This document shows positions 1 to 10,029 of a DNA stretch of 64,000 nucleotides, in pieces (the stretch's first letter is position 1; each line of letters begins with the position of its first letter). Made by a program: the position numbers and the translations under genes. The notes beneath the pieces were generated by a model, which worked only from the letters and a program-made list of their open reading frames with translations, made no database searches and was not told the origin of the DNA. Source of the DNA: Gemmatimonadota bacterium (lineage in GTDB: Bacteria; Gemmatimonadota; Gemmatimonadetes; Gemmatimonadales; GWC2-71-9); NCBI GenBank assembly GCA_025357945.1, contig JANYLJ010000074.1, positions 28,332 through 92,331 of the forward strand, read 5' to 3'.

Positions 1-926
1 CCGCGATCCTCACGCCGCCACTTCGCCAGGCCGAGACGCTGCAGCAGCGTTCGGAATCAAAGGGCCACCGAACCCTGGTGCCGTGTGACCCCGACTACCC
101 GCACGTCCTCAGGTCAATTCCTGATCCGCCGGTCCTGCTCTTCGCGCGGGGACGGATCGACGCCCTGGCCCGACCTGGCGTCGCGATCGTCGGGAGTCGC
201 GTCCATAGCAAGTACGGTGGCGAGGTTGCCCGCCTCATGGGGGAGACGGCGGCGAACGCCGGCATTCCCGTGATCAGCGGGATGGCGCGTGGATTGGATG
301 CGGCGGCCCAGACCGCAGCCCTCGATGCTGGCGGCGTTTCCATCGGCGTGCTCGGGACGGGAGCGGACATTGTATATCCGCTGGAGAACAGACCGCTATT
401 CGATCGCATGGTGGTCGAAGGCCTGCTGTTAACGGAGCATCCGCCGGGAGATCGTGGATTTCCCGGCGCGTTTCCGCGGCGCAATCGGTTGATCAGCGGC
501 TTGGCCCGGGTACTGATTGTCGTGGAGGCAGCGGAAGGGTCCGGAACGCTCGTGACGGTATCCTGCGCACTCGAACAGGGCCGCGACGTGCTGGTGGTTC
601 CTGGTCCGATTACCAGCCCGACATCGAAGGGAACGAATCGATTGCTGCGGGACGGGGCGACGCCGCTCCTTGGGCCCGAGGACCTTCTCGCTGCGTTCGG
701 TGTCGCCTCCGGTGCGGCAGCGCGCGCGAGGCCGACCCCGCCGCCATGCGACCTTTCGCCTGCGGAAGCGCAGGTGCTCTCGGGACTGTCGGAAATGCCA
801 CGCACGGTCGATGACGTCGCCCTGGCCGTCGGCCTTCCGATTGGCCTGCTCCTCGCCACCCTCCTTGGTCTCGAACTCGGCGGGCTGGTCGAGCAACTGC
901 CCGACAATAGCTACAAGCGCCGATAG
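1..926 (+). CDS. dprA: DNA-processing protein DprA/Smf (5' end outside window)
   Basis: The frame stays open from nt 3 to the stop at 926. LVPCDPDYPHVLRSIPDPPVLLFARG, GVAIVGSRVHSKYG and SGMARGLDAAAQ match the DprA Rossmann-like core. A C-terminal winged-helix-like tail is present. Confidence 0.9.
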   Translation, partial: AILTPPLRQAETLQQRSESKGHRTLVPCDPDYPHVLRSIPDPPVLLFARGRIDALARPGVAIVGSRVHSKYGGEVARLMGETAANAGIPVISGMARGLDAAAQTAALDAGGVSIGVLGTGADIVYPLENRPLFDRMVVEGLLLTEHPPGDRGFPGAFPRRNRLISGLARVLIVVEAAEGSGTLVTVSCALEQGRDVLVVPGPITSPTSKGTNRLLRDGATPLLGPEDLLAAFGVASGAAARARPTPPPCDLSPAEAQVLSGLSEMPRTVDDVALAVGLPIGLLLATLLGLELGGLVEQLPDNSYKRR

Positions 927-1024
927 CGAGTTGGCAGGTGCAGCCCAGTGACCGGGTTGGCCTGCCCGACGGACTCACCCGAGTCAAGCATTCAACCCTA
1001 CATCCAATCCGATATGATTCCGCC

Positions 1025-2131
1025 GTGCACATCTACATCCACGTCCCGTTCTGCGCCCGGCGCTGCTCGTACTGCGACTTCGCAATCGCCGTGCGCCGGG
1101 AAACCCCCGACGCGCAATTCATCGAGGCGATTGAGCGAGAGTGGCATGCCTGGATTGCACGCCAGTGCGAGCCCGCGGACACCGCGGTCAGCACGCTCTA
1201 TTTCGGTGGTGGCACGCCGTCCCGGTTGATGCCGTCGAGCATCGCGCAACTGATTCGCAACGTGAATGCGGCTCGTTCGCTCGCTCGCGATGCTGAGGTG
1301 ACGCTCGAGACCAATCCCGACGATGTGACGCCCGAGCGGGCGGCCGCGTGGCGCGGTGCCGGCATCAACCGGGTGTCGCTTGGCGTACAGAGCCACGACC
1401 CCGCGGTTCTCGACTGGATGCACCGCACCCATCGCGCCGAGCAGGTGCCCGGTGCGATCGCTGCACTGCGCGCGGCGGGGATCGTGAACATCTCCATTGA
1501 TCTGATTTTCGCGCTCCCGGCTCAGTTGCAACGCGACTGGACAGCCGACCTTGAACGGACGATCGCACTGGAGCCGACGCACCTGTCGCTGTACGGACTC
1601 ACGGTCGAGCCGCACACGCCGCTCTTTCGGTGGACCGAGGGCGGTACCGCGGTCGTGGCGCCCGACGAGCGCTACGCCGACGAATATCTGCAAGCCCACC
1701 GGCGGATGACCAACGCCGGCTTCGAGCACTACGAGGTGTCGAACGCCGGCCGTGCCGGCTTCCGGTCGCGCCACAACTCGGCGTACTGGAGCGGCGCCGA
1801 CTATCTCGGCCTTGGTCCGTCGGCGCACTCGCTCGAGGGCGGCATACGGCGGTGGAACGTCCGTGAGTGGGCGGACTTTCAGTCACGAAGTGCCCGCGGC
1901 GAGTCCGTCGTTGGCGGGACCGAGTCCCTTGATGCCGAGGCGCGGGCACTGGAACGACGCTACCTCGGGCTGCGTACCGTGGCGGGCCTGGCCGCTGACG
2001 AACTGCCCGCTGATGCGCGCGACGCCTGGTATCGGGAGGGGTGGGCTACCCCCGTCGGTGACCGGCTGCGGCTGACGGCCGAAGGATGGCTGAGGCTCGA
2101 TGCGCTGGTGGCGGCAGCCCGGCATTCCTAG
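1025..2131 (+). CDS. hemW: Radical SAM heme chaperone HemW / HemN-like coproporphyrinogen oxidase family
   Basis: It carries the radical SAM motif HVPFCARRCSYCDF (CxxxCxxC) and a HemN C-terminal-like domain. The tracked ORF starts at 938, but the in-frame GTG at 1025 (VHIYIHVPFC) gives the usual N-terminus. The start is uncertain. Confidence 0.85.
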   Translation: MHIYIHVPFCARRCSYCDFAIAVRRETPDAQFIEAIEREWHAWIARQCEPADTAVSTLYFGGGTPSRLMPSSIAQLIRNVNAARSLARDAEVTLETNPDDVTPERAAAWRGAGINRVSLGVQSHDPAVLDWMHRTHRAEQVPGAIAALRAAGIVNISIDLIFALPAQLQRDWTADLERTIALEPTHLSLYGLTVEPHTPLFRWTEGGTAVVAPDERYADEYLQAHRRMTNAGFEHYEVSNAGRAGFRSRHNSAYWSGADYLGLGPSAHSLEGGIRRWNVREWADFQSRSARGESVVGGTESLDAEARALERRYLGLRTVAGLAADELPADARDAWYREGWATPVGDRLRLTAEGWLRLDALVAAARHS

Positions 2132-2140
2132 CTTTCGGCC

Positions 2141-3172
2141 ATGAGCGACGTCGAATCCCTGAGCGAACGCGAACGTCGCGTCCTCGAAGCGGTCATCGAG
2201 ACCTATATCGCGACCGCCGAACCGGCTGGTTCGCTGACGGTCGCGCGCCGGTCGGCATTGGGTATTTCACCGGCGTCGATCCGCAGTACGATGAGCGAAC
2301 TTGAGGTGAAGGGGTACCTCTATCATCCGCACACGTCGGCTGGCCGGATCCCGACCGACCGTGCCTACCGGTTGTACGTCGACGCCATGGTCCAGCTGGT
2401 CCCGCCGGACCCGCAGGTGCGCGAGCACCTCGAAATTGAACTGTCGACCGGGCTCTCCAGCGAGGACCTCCTTGTCCGCGCCGCCCAGGTGCTCGGCATC
2501 CTGACCCAGGAACTCGGTGTCGCCGTAGCACCGGCGCTGGAGGCGATCGTCCTCGAACGGGTCGACCTGGTGACCGTGTCCGCCGATCGTCTCCTGCTCG
2601 TGCTCAACCTCAAGAGTGGTACGGTGCGGTCGATCTATATCCGGCTTCGTGGCGTGCTCGATCGGGCGCAAGTGGACGGGGTGCAACGCGTGTTGAACGA
2701 GCGCCTCGGCGGGCTGACGTTGCGCGAGATCCGCGCGACGTTCGCCGACCGCCTGCGCGACGCGACGTCGACGCCGGACGCGGGAGAACTCCTCGACATC
2801 ATCCTGGCGGAAGGGGATGGATTGTTCGACGTGCCGGAACCGCGCGAGGCGGTGGTGCTCGGGAGCGCATCCGTGCTGATCGAACAGCCGGAGTTCGCGT
2901 CCAAGGAACAGATGCGGAGCCTGTTGAGCCTGACCGATCGCGGGTTGTTGCGGGCGGCGCTGGCGGACCGGAAACGCGTCGGGCTGACCGTCACGATCGG
3001 CGGTGAACATCAGGAACCCGGACTGGCTGGATTTACGTTGGTCACGTCGACGTACCGGCGCGGCAGCGCCACCGGGGTCATCGGCGTGCTGGGACCGACC
3101 CGGATGCCTTACGACAAGATTGTCGGACTGGTGGAACACACCGGCCGGCTGATTGAGGGGTTGATTCAGTGA
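2141..3172 (+). CDS. hrcA: Heat-inducible transcription repressor HrcA
   Basis: The N-terminus [25 protein letters not shown] (winged helix) and the C-terminus [20 protein letters not shown] are typical of HrcA. Confidence 0.9.
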   Translation: MSDVESLSERERRVLEAVIETYIATAEPAGSLTVARRSALGISPASIRSTMSELEVKGYLYHPHTSAGRIPTDRAYRLYVDAMVQLVPPDPQVREHLEIELSTGLSSEDLLVRAAQVLGILTQELGVAVAPALEAIVLERVDLVTVSADRLLLVLNLKSGTVRSIYIRLRGVLDRAQVDGVQRVLNERLGGLTLREIRATFADRLRDATSTPDAGELLDIILAEGDGLFDVPEPREAVVLGSASVLIEQPEFASKEQMRSLLSLTDRGLLRAALADRKRVGLTVTIGGEHQEPGLAGFTLVTSTYRRGSATGVIGVLGPTRMPYDKIVGLVEHTGRLIEGLIQ

Positions 3173-4293
3173 GCGATCTGTACGTCGTGCTCGAAGTCAC
3201 GCGCGAAGCGAGTGACGACGAGATCAAGAAGGCCTATCGTCGGCTGGCGATGGTGTACCACCCGGATCGGAACGCGGCCGCGGACGCCGAGGGGCGGTTC
3301 AAGGAGATCGCCGAGGCGTACCAGGTGCTCAGCGATCCGGACAAGCGAGCGCACTACGACCGGTACGGCAGCGCGCCAGCCGCGGGCGGAGGGTTCGGAC
3401 CGGGGTTCCACCACGTCGACCTGTCCGAGGCGCTCAACATCTTCATGCGCGACATCGGGTTCAACGGACTCGACGGAATTTTCGGTGGCGGCGCGCCACG
3501 GGATCCGAACCGGGGCCAGGACATCCGGGTCACGGTCCGGTTGTCGTTGCAGGAAGTCGCCCTTGGCGCCAGGCGGAACGTGCGGCTCAAGACGCTGGTC
3601 CCGTGCGACGCGTGCAAGGGCACTGGCTCGGGAAAGGGCTCCCGCCCGGCGCCGTGCGCGACGTGCGGCGGTTCCGGTGATGTCCGGCGAGCGGCGCGCT
3701 CCATGTTCGGGCAGTTCGTCCAGGTCGCCCCGTGTCCGACCTGTCACGGCGAAGGGTTCGTCATCACCACGCCGTGCGAGGTCTGCCGCGGCGAAGGGCG
3801 CATCAAGGGCGAGCGCACTGTGGCGGTTGACGTACCCGCGGGTGTATCGGCGCAGCACTACCTCACGCTGCGGGGACACGGGACACCGGGCCTGCGCGGT
3901 GGTGTGTCGGGCGACCTCATCGTCATGATCGAAGTCAAGGCGGATGATCGCTTCCAGCGCGACGGCGACGACTTGCTGCTCGAACTTCCGGTGTCGTTCT
4001 CACAGGCCGCGCTCGGCACGAGCGCTACCGTGCCGACGCCGTACGGTGAGGAGTCGCTCGCGATTCCAGCGGGCACGCAGTCCGGCACCGTGCTGCGGAT
4101 CCGCGGCAAGGGTCTGCCGCGACTATCGGGCAACGGGGTCGGTGACCTCAACGTCACCGTGTTTGTGTGGACGCCCGATGAACTGAGTGACACGCAGCGC
4201 CAGCTCTTCGTCGAGATGGCGAAGCACGAGGGCGAAGGCCCGAAGCGCAGGGGTGGGTTCTGGTCGAAGCTCAAGGAAACACTCGGCGTGTGA
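3169..4293 (+). CDS. dnaJ: Molecular chaperone DnaJ
   Basis: It has a J domain ([13 protein letters not shown]), a G/F-rich linker, four CxxCxGxG zinc-finger repeats and the C-terminal client-binding domains. Its start overlaps the hrcA stop (GTGA). Confidence 0.95.
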   Translation: MSDLYVVLEVTREASDDEIKKAYRRLAMVYHPDRNAAADAEGRFKEIAEAYQVLSDPDKRAHYDRYGSAPAAGGGFGPGFHHVDLSEALNIFMRDIGFNGLDGIFGGGAPRDPNRGQDIRVTVRLSLQEVALGARRNVRLKTLVPCDACKGTGSGKGSRPAPCATCGGSGDVRRAARSMFGQFVQVAPCPTCHGEGFVITTPCEVCRGEGRIKGERTVAVDVPAGVSAQHYLTLRGHGTPGLRGGVSGDLIVMIEVKADDRFQRDGDDLLLELPVSFSQAALGTSATVPTPYGEESLAIPAGTQSGTVLRIRGKGLPRLSGNGVGDLNVTVFVWTPDELSDTQRQLFVEMAKHEGEGPKRRGGFWSKLKETLGV

Positions 4294-5126
4294 CCGGTAC
4301 CTGGTGGCGCGTCACGATCGCCTGCGACCCCGACCAGAGTGATGCGATCGCGGCCGCTCTCGTCGCGGCCACTGGCAACGGCGTCGAGGAGCCGGCCGTT
4401 GGGACCGTGTGCACCACGGTCGATTCCGAGGCCGGCGCCATTGGTTTGCTCCGAGATCTGGTCGAGCAGTTTCGCCACGTGCAGGGCGCGATCGTCGCCA
4501 CCGATCCTGTCGACTGGTCGACGCGTTGGCGCGACGGCATCGTCACCCGCACCTTCGGGCGCCTCGTGCTCACGCCATCGTGGCTTCCGGTGCAACCGAT
4601 CGACGCCCAGGTGGTCGTGTCGATCGATCCTGAATCTGCGTTCGGCAGTGGTGAACATGGATCGACGCGCGGCGCGCTGACTCTCCTCGAGCGGCACCTG
4701 CGGCGCGGCCACCGGATGCTCGATCTTGGCAGCGGGTCGGGCATCCTCGCCATCGCAGCCGCCAAGCTCGGCGGACGTTCGGCGATCGGGATCGAAGTCG
4801 ACGAGGAGTCGATGCCAATCGCCGAAGAGAACGCGCGAAAGAATGGCGTGGCGGGCGCGGTGACGTTTCTCTGGGGCGACGCCCGCGATCTCGCGCCATT
4901 GGCTGGCCCGGCCGACCTGATCTGCGCCAACATCCTCCGATCCGTGAACACGATCCTCATGCCGAGCATTCTTGAGGCGTTGGCGCCGACGGGCACCGCG
5001 ATCTTCGCGGGCATGGAGGAGATCGAGGAGGCATTGTTTCGACCGGTGCTCGCGGCACATGGACTCGATGCGATCGACGACGTGCGCGATGCTGGGTGGT
5101 GGTCGGTCGCGGTGCAGCGTCGATGA
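4290..5126 (+). CDS. prmA: Ribosomal protein L11 methyltransferase PrmA
   Basis: It has the SAM motif [18 protein letters not shown] and the [10 protein letters not shown] motif. Its position after dnaJ matches many bacteria. Confidence 0.85.
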   Translation: MTGTWWRVTIACDPDQSDAIAAALVAATGNGVEEPAVGTVCTTVDSEAGAIGLLRDLVEQFRHVQGAIVATDPVDWSTRWRDGIVTRTFGRLVLTPSWLPVQPIDAQVVVSIDPESAFGSGEHGSTRGALTLLERHLRRGHRMLDLGSGSGILAIAAAKLGGRSAIGIEVDEESMPIAEENARKNGVAGAVTFLWGDARDLAPLAGPADLICANILRSVNTILMPSILEALAPTGTAIFAGMEEIEEALFRPVLAAHGLDAIDDVRDAGWWSVAVQRR

Positions 5127-5836
5127 AGACGCTGGCCGTGTTGGTGGCTCCGGGAATGCTCGCGGACGGCGCGACGGTCGACCTCGCGGACGCGGAACGG
5201 CACCACCTCAAGGTGCGGCGGGTCGAGGGCGAAGCCGAAGTACTGGTGTTCGACGGCGTCGGCAACGTTGCCCGCGGCATCGTCAACAGCCGCGGCGACG
5301 GAGTGGCGGTGGGTGTTGTGCAATGGGTTCCCCGGCCAGCGGAAACCGTGCTCGCCGTGGGTGCCGGCGACAAGGACCGATTCCTGGTCCTCGCGGAGCG
5401 GTGCACCGAACTCGGCGTCACGCGCCTCGTGCCGCTCCTGACCGAACGCTCGCAGGCGGTCGACAGTCGCTTTCGCGACGTGGCCCTCGACAAGGCGCGC
5501 CGTCGCGCGCGCGAGGCGTGCAAGCAGAGCGAGAATGCGTGGGCGACGGTGGTGGCGGAGAGTTGTCCGCTCGCCGAGGTCTCGGTCCGGCACCCAGGGC
5601 TGCGCTGGCTGCTGGCGCACGTCGGGGGAAACGTCTGTCCGGCGGTAGCTCGCGGCGATGCGGTTGGCTGGATCATCGGGCCGGAGGGTGGGCTCGCGGC
5701 CGACGAACTCACGATTGCCGTCGAAATGCTCCGGGCCACCCCCGTGGCCCTTGGTCCGGCGGTGCTCCGGTTCGACACCGCAGCGGTCGCCGCTGCGGCG
5801 ATCACGCAGGACCGTCGTGCGGCGACGAAGGGGTGA
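5123..5836 (+). CDS. rsmE: 16S rRNA (uracil1498-N3)-methyltransferase RsmE
   Basis: A PUA-like N-terminus (HHLKVRRV) and a SPOUT C-terminus (IIGPEGGLAADEL, LGPAVLRFDTAAVAA) identify it. The ATG at 5123 overlaps the prmA stop (ATGA). The tracked ORF starts at 5096. Confidence 0.85.
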   Translation: MKTLAVLVAPGMLADGATVDLADAERHHLKVRRVEGEAEVLVFDGVGNVARGIVNSRGDGVAVGVVQWVPRPAETVLAVGAGDKDRFLVLAERCTELGVTRLVPLLTERSQAVDSRFRDVALDKARRRAREACKQSENAWATVVAESCPLAEVSVRHPGLRWLLAHVGGNVCPAVARGDAVGWIIGPEGGLAADELTIAVEMLRATPVALGPAVLRFDTAAVAAAAITQDRRAATKG

Positions 5837-5838
5837 GC

Positions 5839-6183
5839 ATGGACTGTATCTTTTGTCGGATTGCGGCGGGCGAAATTCCCGCGGACGTGGTCGCGCGCGG
5901 CGAGGGTGCATTGGCCTTTCGCGACCTGAACCCGCAGGCGCCGACGCACGTGCTGGTGATCCCCCGGCACCATGTGCCGTCGGCGGGGCACCTGACAGAT
6001 GCGGAGCGCGCCCCGGTCCTGGGCGAGTTGATGCGTCTCGCCGTCGAGGTAGCCGCGCAGCTTGGTCTGGCCGATCAGGGGTATCGGCTGGTCGTCAACA
6101 CCGGCGCCAACGGCGGCCAGACGGTGGACCACCTGCACGTGCACCTTCTGGGCGGGCGCCAGATGCGCTGGCCGCCGGGGTAG
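5839..6183 (+). CDS. HIT-family (HinT-like) nucleotide hydrolase
   Basis: MDCIFCRIAAGEIPA together with the histidine triad HLHVHLLGG identify it. It occupies only the last 114 codons of the tracked ORF 4972..6183. Confidence 0.9.
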   Translation: MDCIFCRIAAGEIPADVVARGEGALAFRDLNPQAPTHVLVIPRHHVPSAGHLTDAERAPVLGELMRLAVEVAAQLGLADQGYRLVVNTGANGGQTVDHLHVHLLGGRQMRWPPG

Positions 6184-6300
6184 CCCCAGCGCCGTTCCAG
6201 CCGTAGCTTGTCGCACGGCAGTTGAGCCGTGCCTGCCCAGGCCCGGCGGGGATCCTTGTCCAATCGACGCAAACATCGCCCGCACAAGACGAGGAGCTGG

Positions 6301-7731
6301 ATGATTAGTTGGCTGACGCTGCTGTTCTCCTTCGCATGGATGACGTCGGTGGGAGCCGTCCCCTCACCCGGTAACGCAGGAAATCATCGCGCCGCACCCG
6401 CGACCGAAGACACGCTGAAGAATCCGCCGGTCTTTGTGAATCAATCCTCGGCGCCCCGAACCATTGAAGTCTCCCTGAGTGCGGCACCGGCGCGGCTGGC
6501 GCTGATGCCCGGCAAGGTCACCGACGCCTACGCGTACAACGGAACGGTTCCCGGGCCGACCCTCGAAGCCCGCGAGGGCGACCGGGTCATCATCCACTTC
6601 AAGAACAATCTCCCCGAGACGACAACCATCCATTGGCACGGGCTGCACATCCCCGCAGACATGGACGGGAGTCCCTTTTATCCCGTCCCTCCCGGCGGAA
6701 AAAAGGACTACATCTTTACGATCGATTCAGGTACCGCCGGTACCTTCTGGTATCATCCGCACCCCGACGTTCGCACCGGCTATCAGATCGAGAAAGGTCT
6801 CTACGGCGCGATCATCGTTCGACCTGCCCACGATCCGCTGCCGGCGCTGCCCGAGAAGCTGCTGATTCTGTCGGACAACCGCTTCCATCGTGACGGCTCG
6901 ATCGACATTGCCATCCCGCACACCCCGGCGGCGATCGTCGATGAGGAGAACGGGCGCGACGGAAACGTGATGTTCGTCAACGGCCAGGTCATGCCAACGA
7001 TCAGGATCCGGAGCGGCGAGGTGCAGCGGTGGCGCGTGCTCAACGCCGGCGCGGCGCGCGTGTACCGGCTCGCCATACCGGGGCAGACCTTCCTGCAGGT
7101 GGGGAGTGACGGTGGTCTGTTCGAGCACCCGATCGAAGTGAAGGAGATTCTGCTCGCGAACAGCGAGCGGGTGGAGCTGCTCGTGCGAGGCACCGGCGCG
7201 CCGGGGCGCGTGACGGTGTTGCAGGCCCTGCCGTATGATCGGTACATGCCGCAGACCCGCCCCGACGACTGGAACCACCCGCGGGACCTGCTTGCGCTGC
7301 AGTACACGGACCAGACGCCAACAACTCCGGTCGCGCTGCCGCGGACCTTGCGCAAGGTTCCAGCGCTCGATACCAGCAAGGCTACGGTGCGTCGCGTTCT
7401 GGTGCTGTCGCAAGGCATGATCAATCAACGGACGATGGACATGAATCGCGTTGACGTGAGCGCAAGGCTGGGCGCGACCGAGATCTGGAGTATCGAAAAC
7501 GTGGTGGGAATGGACCATCCATTCCATCTGCACGGTTTTCAGTTTCAGCTGCTCGACCGGAATGGAGTGCCGGAGCGTGACCGGTGCTGGAAGGACACGG
7601 TGAATGTGCCGAAGCACGAAACCGTGCGATTCATCGTGCGTTTCGATGCACACCCGGGGAAGTGGATGTTTCACTGCCACATCCTCGACCATGAGGATCA
7701 CGGCATGATGGGAATTCTCGAAATCAAATAA
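6301..7731 (+). CDS. Three-domain multicopper oxidase (CueO/laccase-like), exported
   Basis: The copper-ligand motifs HWHGLHIP, WYHPHP, HPFHLHG and HCHILDHEDHGMMG are present. The hydrophobic N-terminus MISWLTLLFSFAWMTSVGA follows a strong SD (GAGGAG) before the ATG at 6301. The tracked ORF starts at 6229. Confidence 0.9.
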   Translation: MISWLTLLFSFAWMTSVGAVPSPGNAGNHRAAPATEDTLKNPPVFVNQSSAPRTIEVSLSAAPARLALMPGKVTDAYAYNGTVPGPTLEAREGDRVIIHFKNNLPETTTIHWHGLHIPADMDGSPFYPVPPGGKKDYIFTIDSGTAGTFWYHPHPDVRTGYQIEKGLYGAIIVRPAHDPLPALPEKLLILSDNRFHRDGSIDIAIPHTPAAIVDEENGRDGNVMFVNGQVMPTIRIRSGEVQRWRVLNAGAARVYRLAIPGQTFLQVGSDGGLFEHPIEVKEILLANSERVELLVRGTGAPGRVTVLQALPYDRYMPQTRPDDWNHPRDLLALQYTDQTPTTPVALPRTLRKVPALDTSKATVRRVLVLSQGMINQRTMDMNRVDVSARLGATEIWSIENVVGMDHPFHLHGFQFQLLDRNGVPERDRCWKDTVNVPKHETVRFIVRFDAHPGKWMFHCHILDHEDHGMMGILEIK

Positions 7732-7747
7732 ACCGGAGGGGAACGCG

Positions 7748-8434
7748 ATGCCAATGCTACGCAGGTCGTCTCGGAAGTTCGGATTGATGGTGACCATCCT
7801 CGTGCTCGCTGCCTGCACCAAGTCGACGCCCGCGGCGTCGACTTCCGCCGACACGCCGATCGCGCAGGGATCGAAGGAGCAGGTGCTGGCCGGCCGGCAG
7901 CTCGTCGTCAACCATGACTGCGGCGGGTGCCATGGTGGCGGGGCCAACCCGGCGGCGACGGGCTGGCTCGCCGGCGTGAGGAGTCCGGACCAGGAGTTCC
8001 ACATTGGTGCCTGCTCCTTTGCAAATCCGACCGCAAAACCGTGTTTCATCACCCGCCCGCGAAACCTCACCCCGGACAATACCACCGGCCTGGGCCGGTT
8101 CACCGAGCGGCAGATCTTCAACGCGCTACGGTTCGGGCTGCGGCCGGAAGACACACCCGATGTTGACATCACCTCGACCACGCCGGGCCAGGGGAATTTC
8201 CCCGCGACGCCGCACTTCCTCGCCCCGCCGATGCCGTGGCCCAGTTGGCGACACATGTCGGATCAGGAACTCCAGGCGATCGCCGCCTACCTGAAGCGCG
8301 GCCTCGCGCCATCCAGCAACAAGGTCGCCGAGAGCGAAGGACCGCCCGACTTCTGGGCCGGCGCCTATGCCGACTCGGTGATCGGTCCGCGTCCGGTACG
8401 TCCGTTCCCGACGGTGAACGAGCGCGTGCCATGA
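7748..8434 (+). CDS. c-type cytochrome, probable lipoprotein
   Basis: It has a single CXXCH heme motif (CGGCH), a lipobox-like LVLAAC after a basic N-terminus, and a distal PPMPW Met-ligand region. An SD (GGAGGGG) lies upstream. Confidence 0.8.
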   Translation: MPMLRRSSRKFGLMVTILVLAACTKSTPAASTSADTPIAQGSKEQVLAGRQLVVNHDCGGCHGGGANPAATGWLAGVRSPDQEFHIGACSFANPTAKPCFITRPRNLTPDNTTGLGRFTERQIFNALRFGLRPEDTPDVDITSTTPGQGNFPATPHFLAPPMPWPSWRHMSDQELQAIAAYLKRGLAPSSNKVAESEGPPDFWAGAYADSVIGPRPVRPFPTVNERVP

Positions 8435-8451
8435 CGGAGTGACGCCGCCAG

Positions 8452-8486
8452 CGCCGCGAGCAGCGATCGTGCTGCTGCTCGCGGCG
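8452..8486 (+). terminator. 13-bp GC-rich stem-loop downstream of the cytochrome c gene (no U-tract)
   Basis: CGCCGCGAGCAGC (8452-8464) pairs with GCTGCTCGCGGCG (8474-8486) around a 9-nt loop. It lies 18 nt after the stop and has no T-run. Confidence 0.35.
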
Positions 8487-8619
8487 GTGACGCCCCCGCG
8501 AGTTCGGTCAGACACCGCCAGTCGTCCTGACGCACGGCCGCTGCAAGGGGAAACACCCGATCGCCGATCGGTCACCCCGGGGCAATACCGAAGACAAGAT
8601 TAAGTGTCGTTCATGAAGA

Positions 8620-10029
8620 ATGACTGCCGATCTCCCCCGGGGATACCTTTGCGATAGGTGGTGGACGAGAAACAAGCTGGGGGGGAACCAGTGGGCGTAC
8701 AACGTGAACGGTGAGACGGTCGGAGTACCCAACGGTCTCTTCTCCGAGCGGACCGCGCGCCTCGGCACCGAGAACGCATTCAAGATCGGGCCGTACATCG
8801 CCGCGATCGAGGCGGCCGGCCATCGCGTCATCAAGTGCAACCTCGGCGAGCCCGACTTCCCGCTGGCGAAACACATCGCCGATGAAGTGAAGCGTTGCAT
8901 CGATGCCGGCATGACCCACTATGTCGATCCGCAAGGGATCCTCCCGTTGCGCGAGGCGATCGCCGGGCAGATCAGCCGGACGCGGGGCATCGCAGCGACC
9001 GCCGATCGGGTGGTGGTGTTTCCGGGCGGAAAACCTTCCATCGGCTTCTGCCAGCAGACGTATTGCAATCCCGACGACGAGGTGATCTACCCAAGTCCGG
9101 GCTTTCCGATCTACGAGTCGTTCACGGCATACGTGGATGCCAAGCCGGTGCCGCTGCAACTGCGCGAAGCTGCCGATTTTTCCTTCACGGGCTCCGACCT
9201 CGAACCATTGCTGACCGACCGCACGCGGCTGATCATCCTCAACTTCCCGTCCAACCCCACCGGCGGTGTGGCGACACGCCAGCAGCTGGAAAGCATCGCC
9301 GAGGTGATCCGGCGCAAGGCGCCTGCCAATGTGCGGGTGTTTTCGGACGAGATCTACGAAAACATTCTATTCGACGGCAATCAGCACCTGTCAATCGCCT
9401 CGCTGCCGGGCATGGCCGAGCGCACGGTGATCGCCAGCGGGGCGTCCAAGTCATATGCCTGGACCGGCGGGCGGGTTGGCTGGGCGATGTTCCCCACCGT
9501 TGAGGAAGCGATGATCTTCAAGAACCTCAACATCAATTACTTCTCGTGCATTCCCGCCTACAATCAGATGGGCGCCAAGGTGGCGCTGCAAGCCGCCCAG
9601 AGCCGGGAGTCCATTGCGATGATGGTCGCGGCGTTCCAGGAGCGGCGCGACATGATGGTGGCGGGACTCAATGCCATTCCCGGCGTCAGCTGCCGGATGC
9701 CGGGCGGTGCGTTCTATCTCTTCCCCAATATCGGCGGCGTGTGCGAGTCGATCGGCGCGGTTGAGGCACACAATCGACTACCGGCGGCGCAGCGCGACCG
9801 GACCAGTCCTTCGACGCTGTTCCAGATGTTCCTGCTGTGGCAGTACCACCTGGCCACGATGGATCGCGGCTCCTTCGGGCGCATCGGCTCGGCCGGGCAA
9901 CACTACCTGCGGATTTCGATCGCGACCGGGCTGGAAGATCTGCGGCAAGCGCTCGACGTCGTTGCCAACGCGGCGCTCGATCGGGACGGGTTCCGCCGCT
10001 TCGCAGACGAGGGCAAGCACTTATGGTGA
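8620..10029 (+). CDS. Class I/II pyridoxal-phosphate-dependent aminotransferase (aspartate aminotransferase-like)
   Basis: LGEPDFPL, ILNFPSNPTGG and the PLP-lysine region SGASKSYAWTGGRVGW identify it. The start is uncertain: the in-frame GTG at 8704 gives a more typical N-terminus. Confidence 0.85.
   Translation: MTADLPRGYLCDRWWTRNKLGGNQWAYNVNGETVGVPNGLFSERTARLGTENAFKIGPYIAAIEAAGHRVIKCNLGEPDFPLAKHIADEVKRCIDAGMTHYVDPQGILPLREAIAGQISRTRGIAATADRVVVFPGGKPSIGFCQQTYCNPDDEVIYPSPGFPIYESFTAYVDAKPVPLQLREAADFSFTGSDLEPLLTDRTRLIILNFPSNPTGGVATRQQLESIAEVIRRKAPANVRVFSDEIYENILFDGNQHLSIASLPGMAERTVIASGASKSYAWTGGRVGWAMFPTVEEAMIFKNLNINYFSCIPAYNQMGAKVALQAAQSRESIAMMVAAFQERRDMMVAGLNAIPGVSCRMPGGAFYLFPNIGGVCESIGAVEAHNRLPAAQRDRTSPSTLFQMFLLWQYHLATMDRGSFGRIGSAGQHYLRISIATGLEDLRQALDVVANAALDRDGFRRFADEGKHLW

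Noticed and set aside
4972-5838. A long N-terminal extension (289 codons) of the ORF that contains the HIT protein.
   Set aside because: It overlaps prmA and rsmE in another frame and is Arg/Gly-rich. The HIT domain begins at ATG 5839.
3858-6285. Several long minus-strand ORFs of 400-546 aa opposite dnaJ, prmA, rsmE and the HIT gene.
   Set aside because: They are overlapping shadow ORFs with no motifs, and the plus-strand genes are unambiguous.
9837-10022. An N-terminal extension of the transketolase-family ORF.
   Set aside because: It overlaps the aminotransferase 3' end. The ATG at 10023 has an SD and gives a sensible N-terminus.
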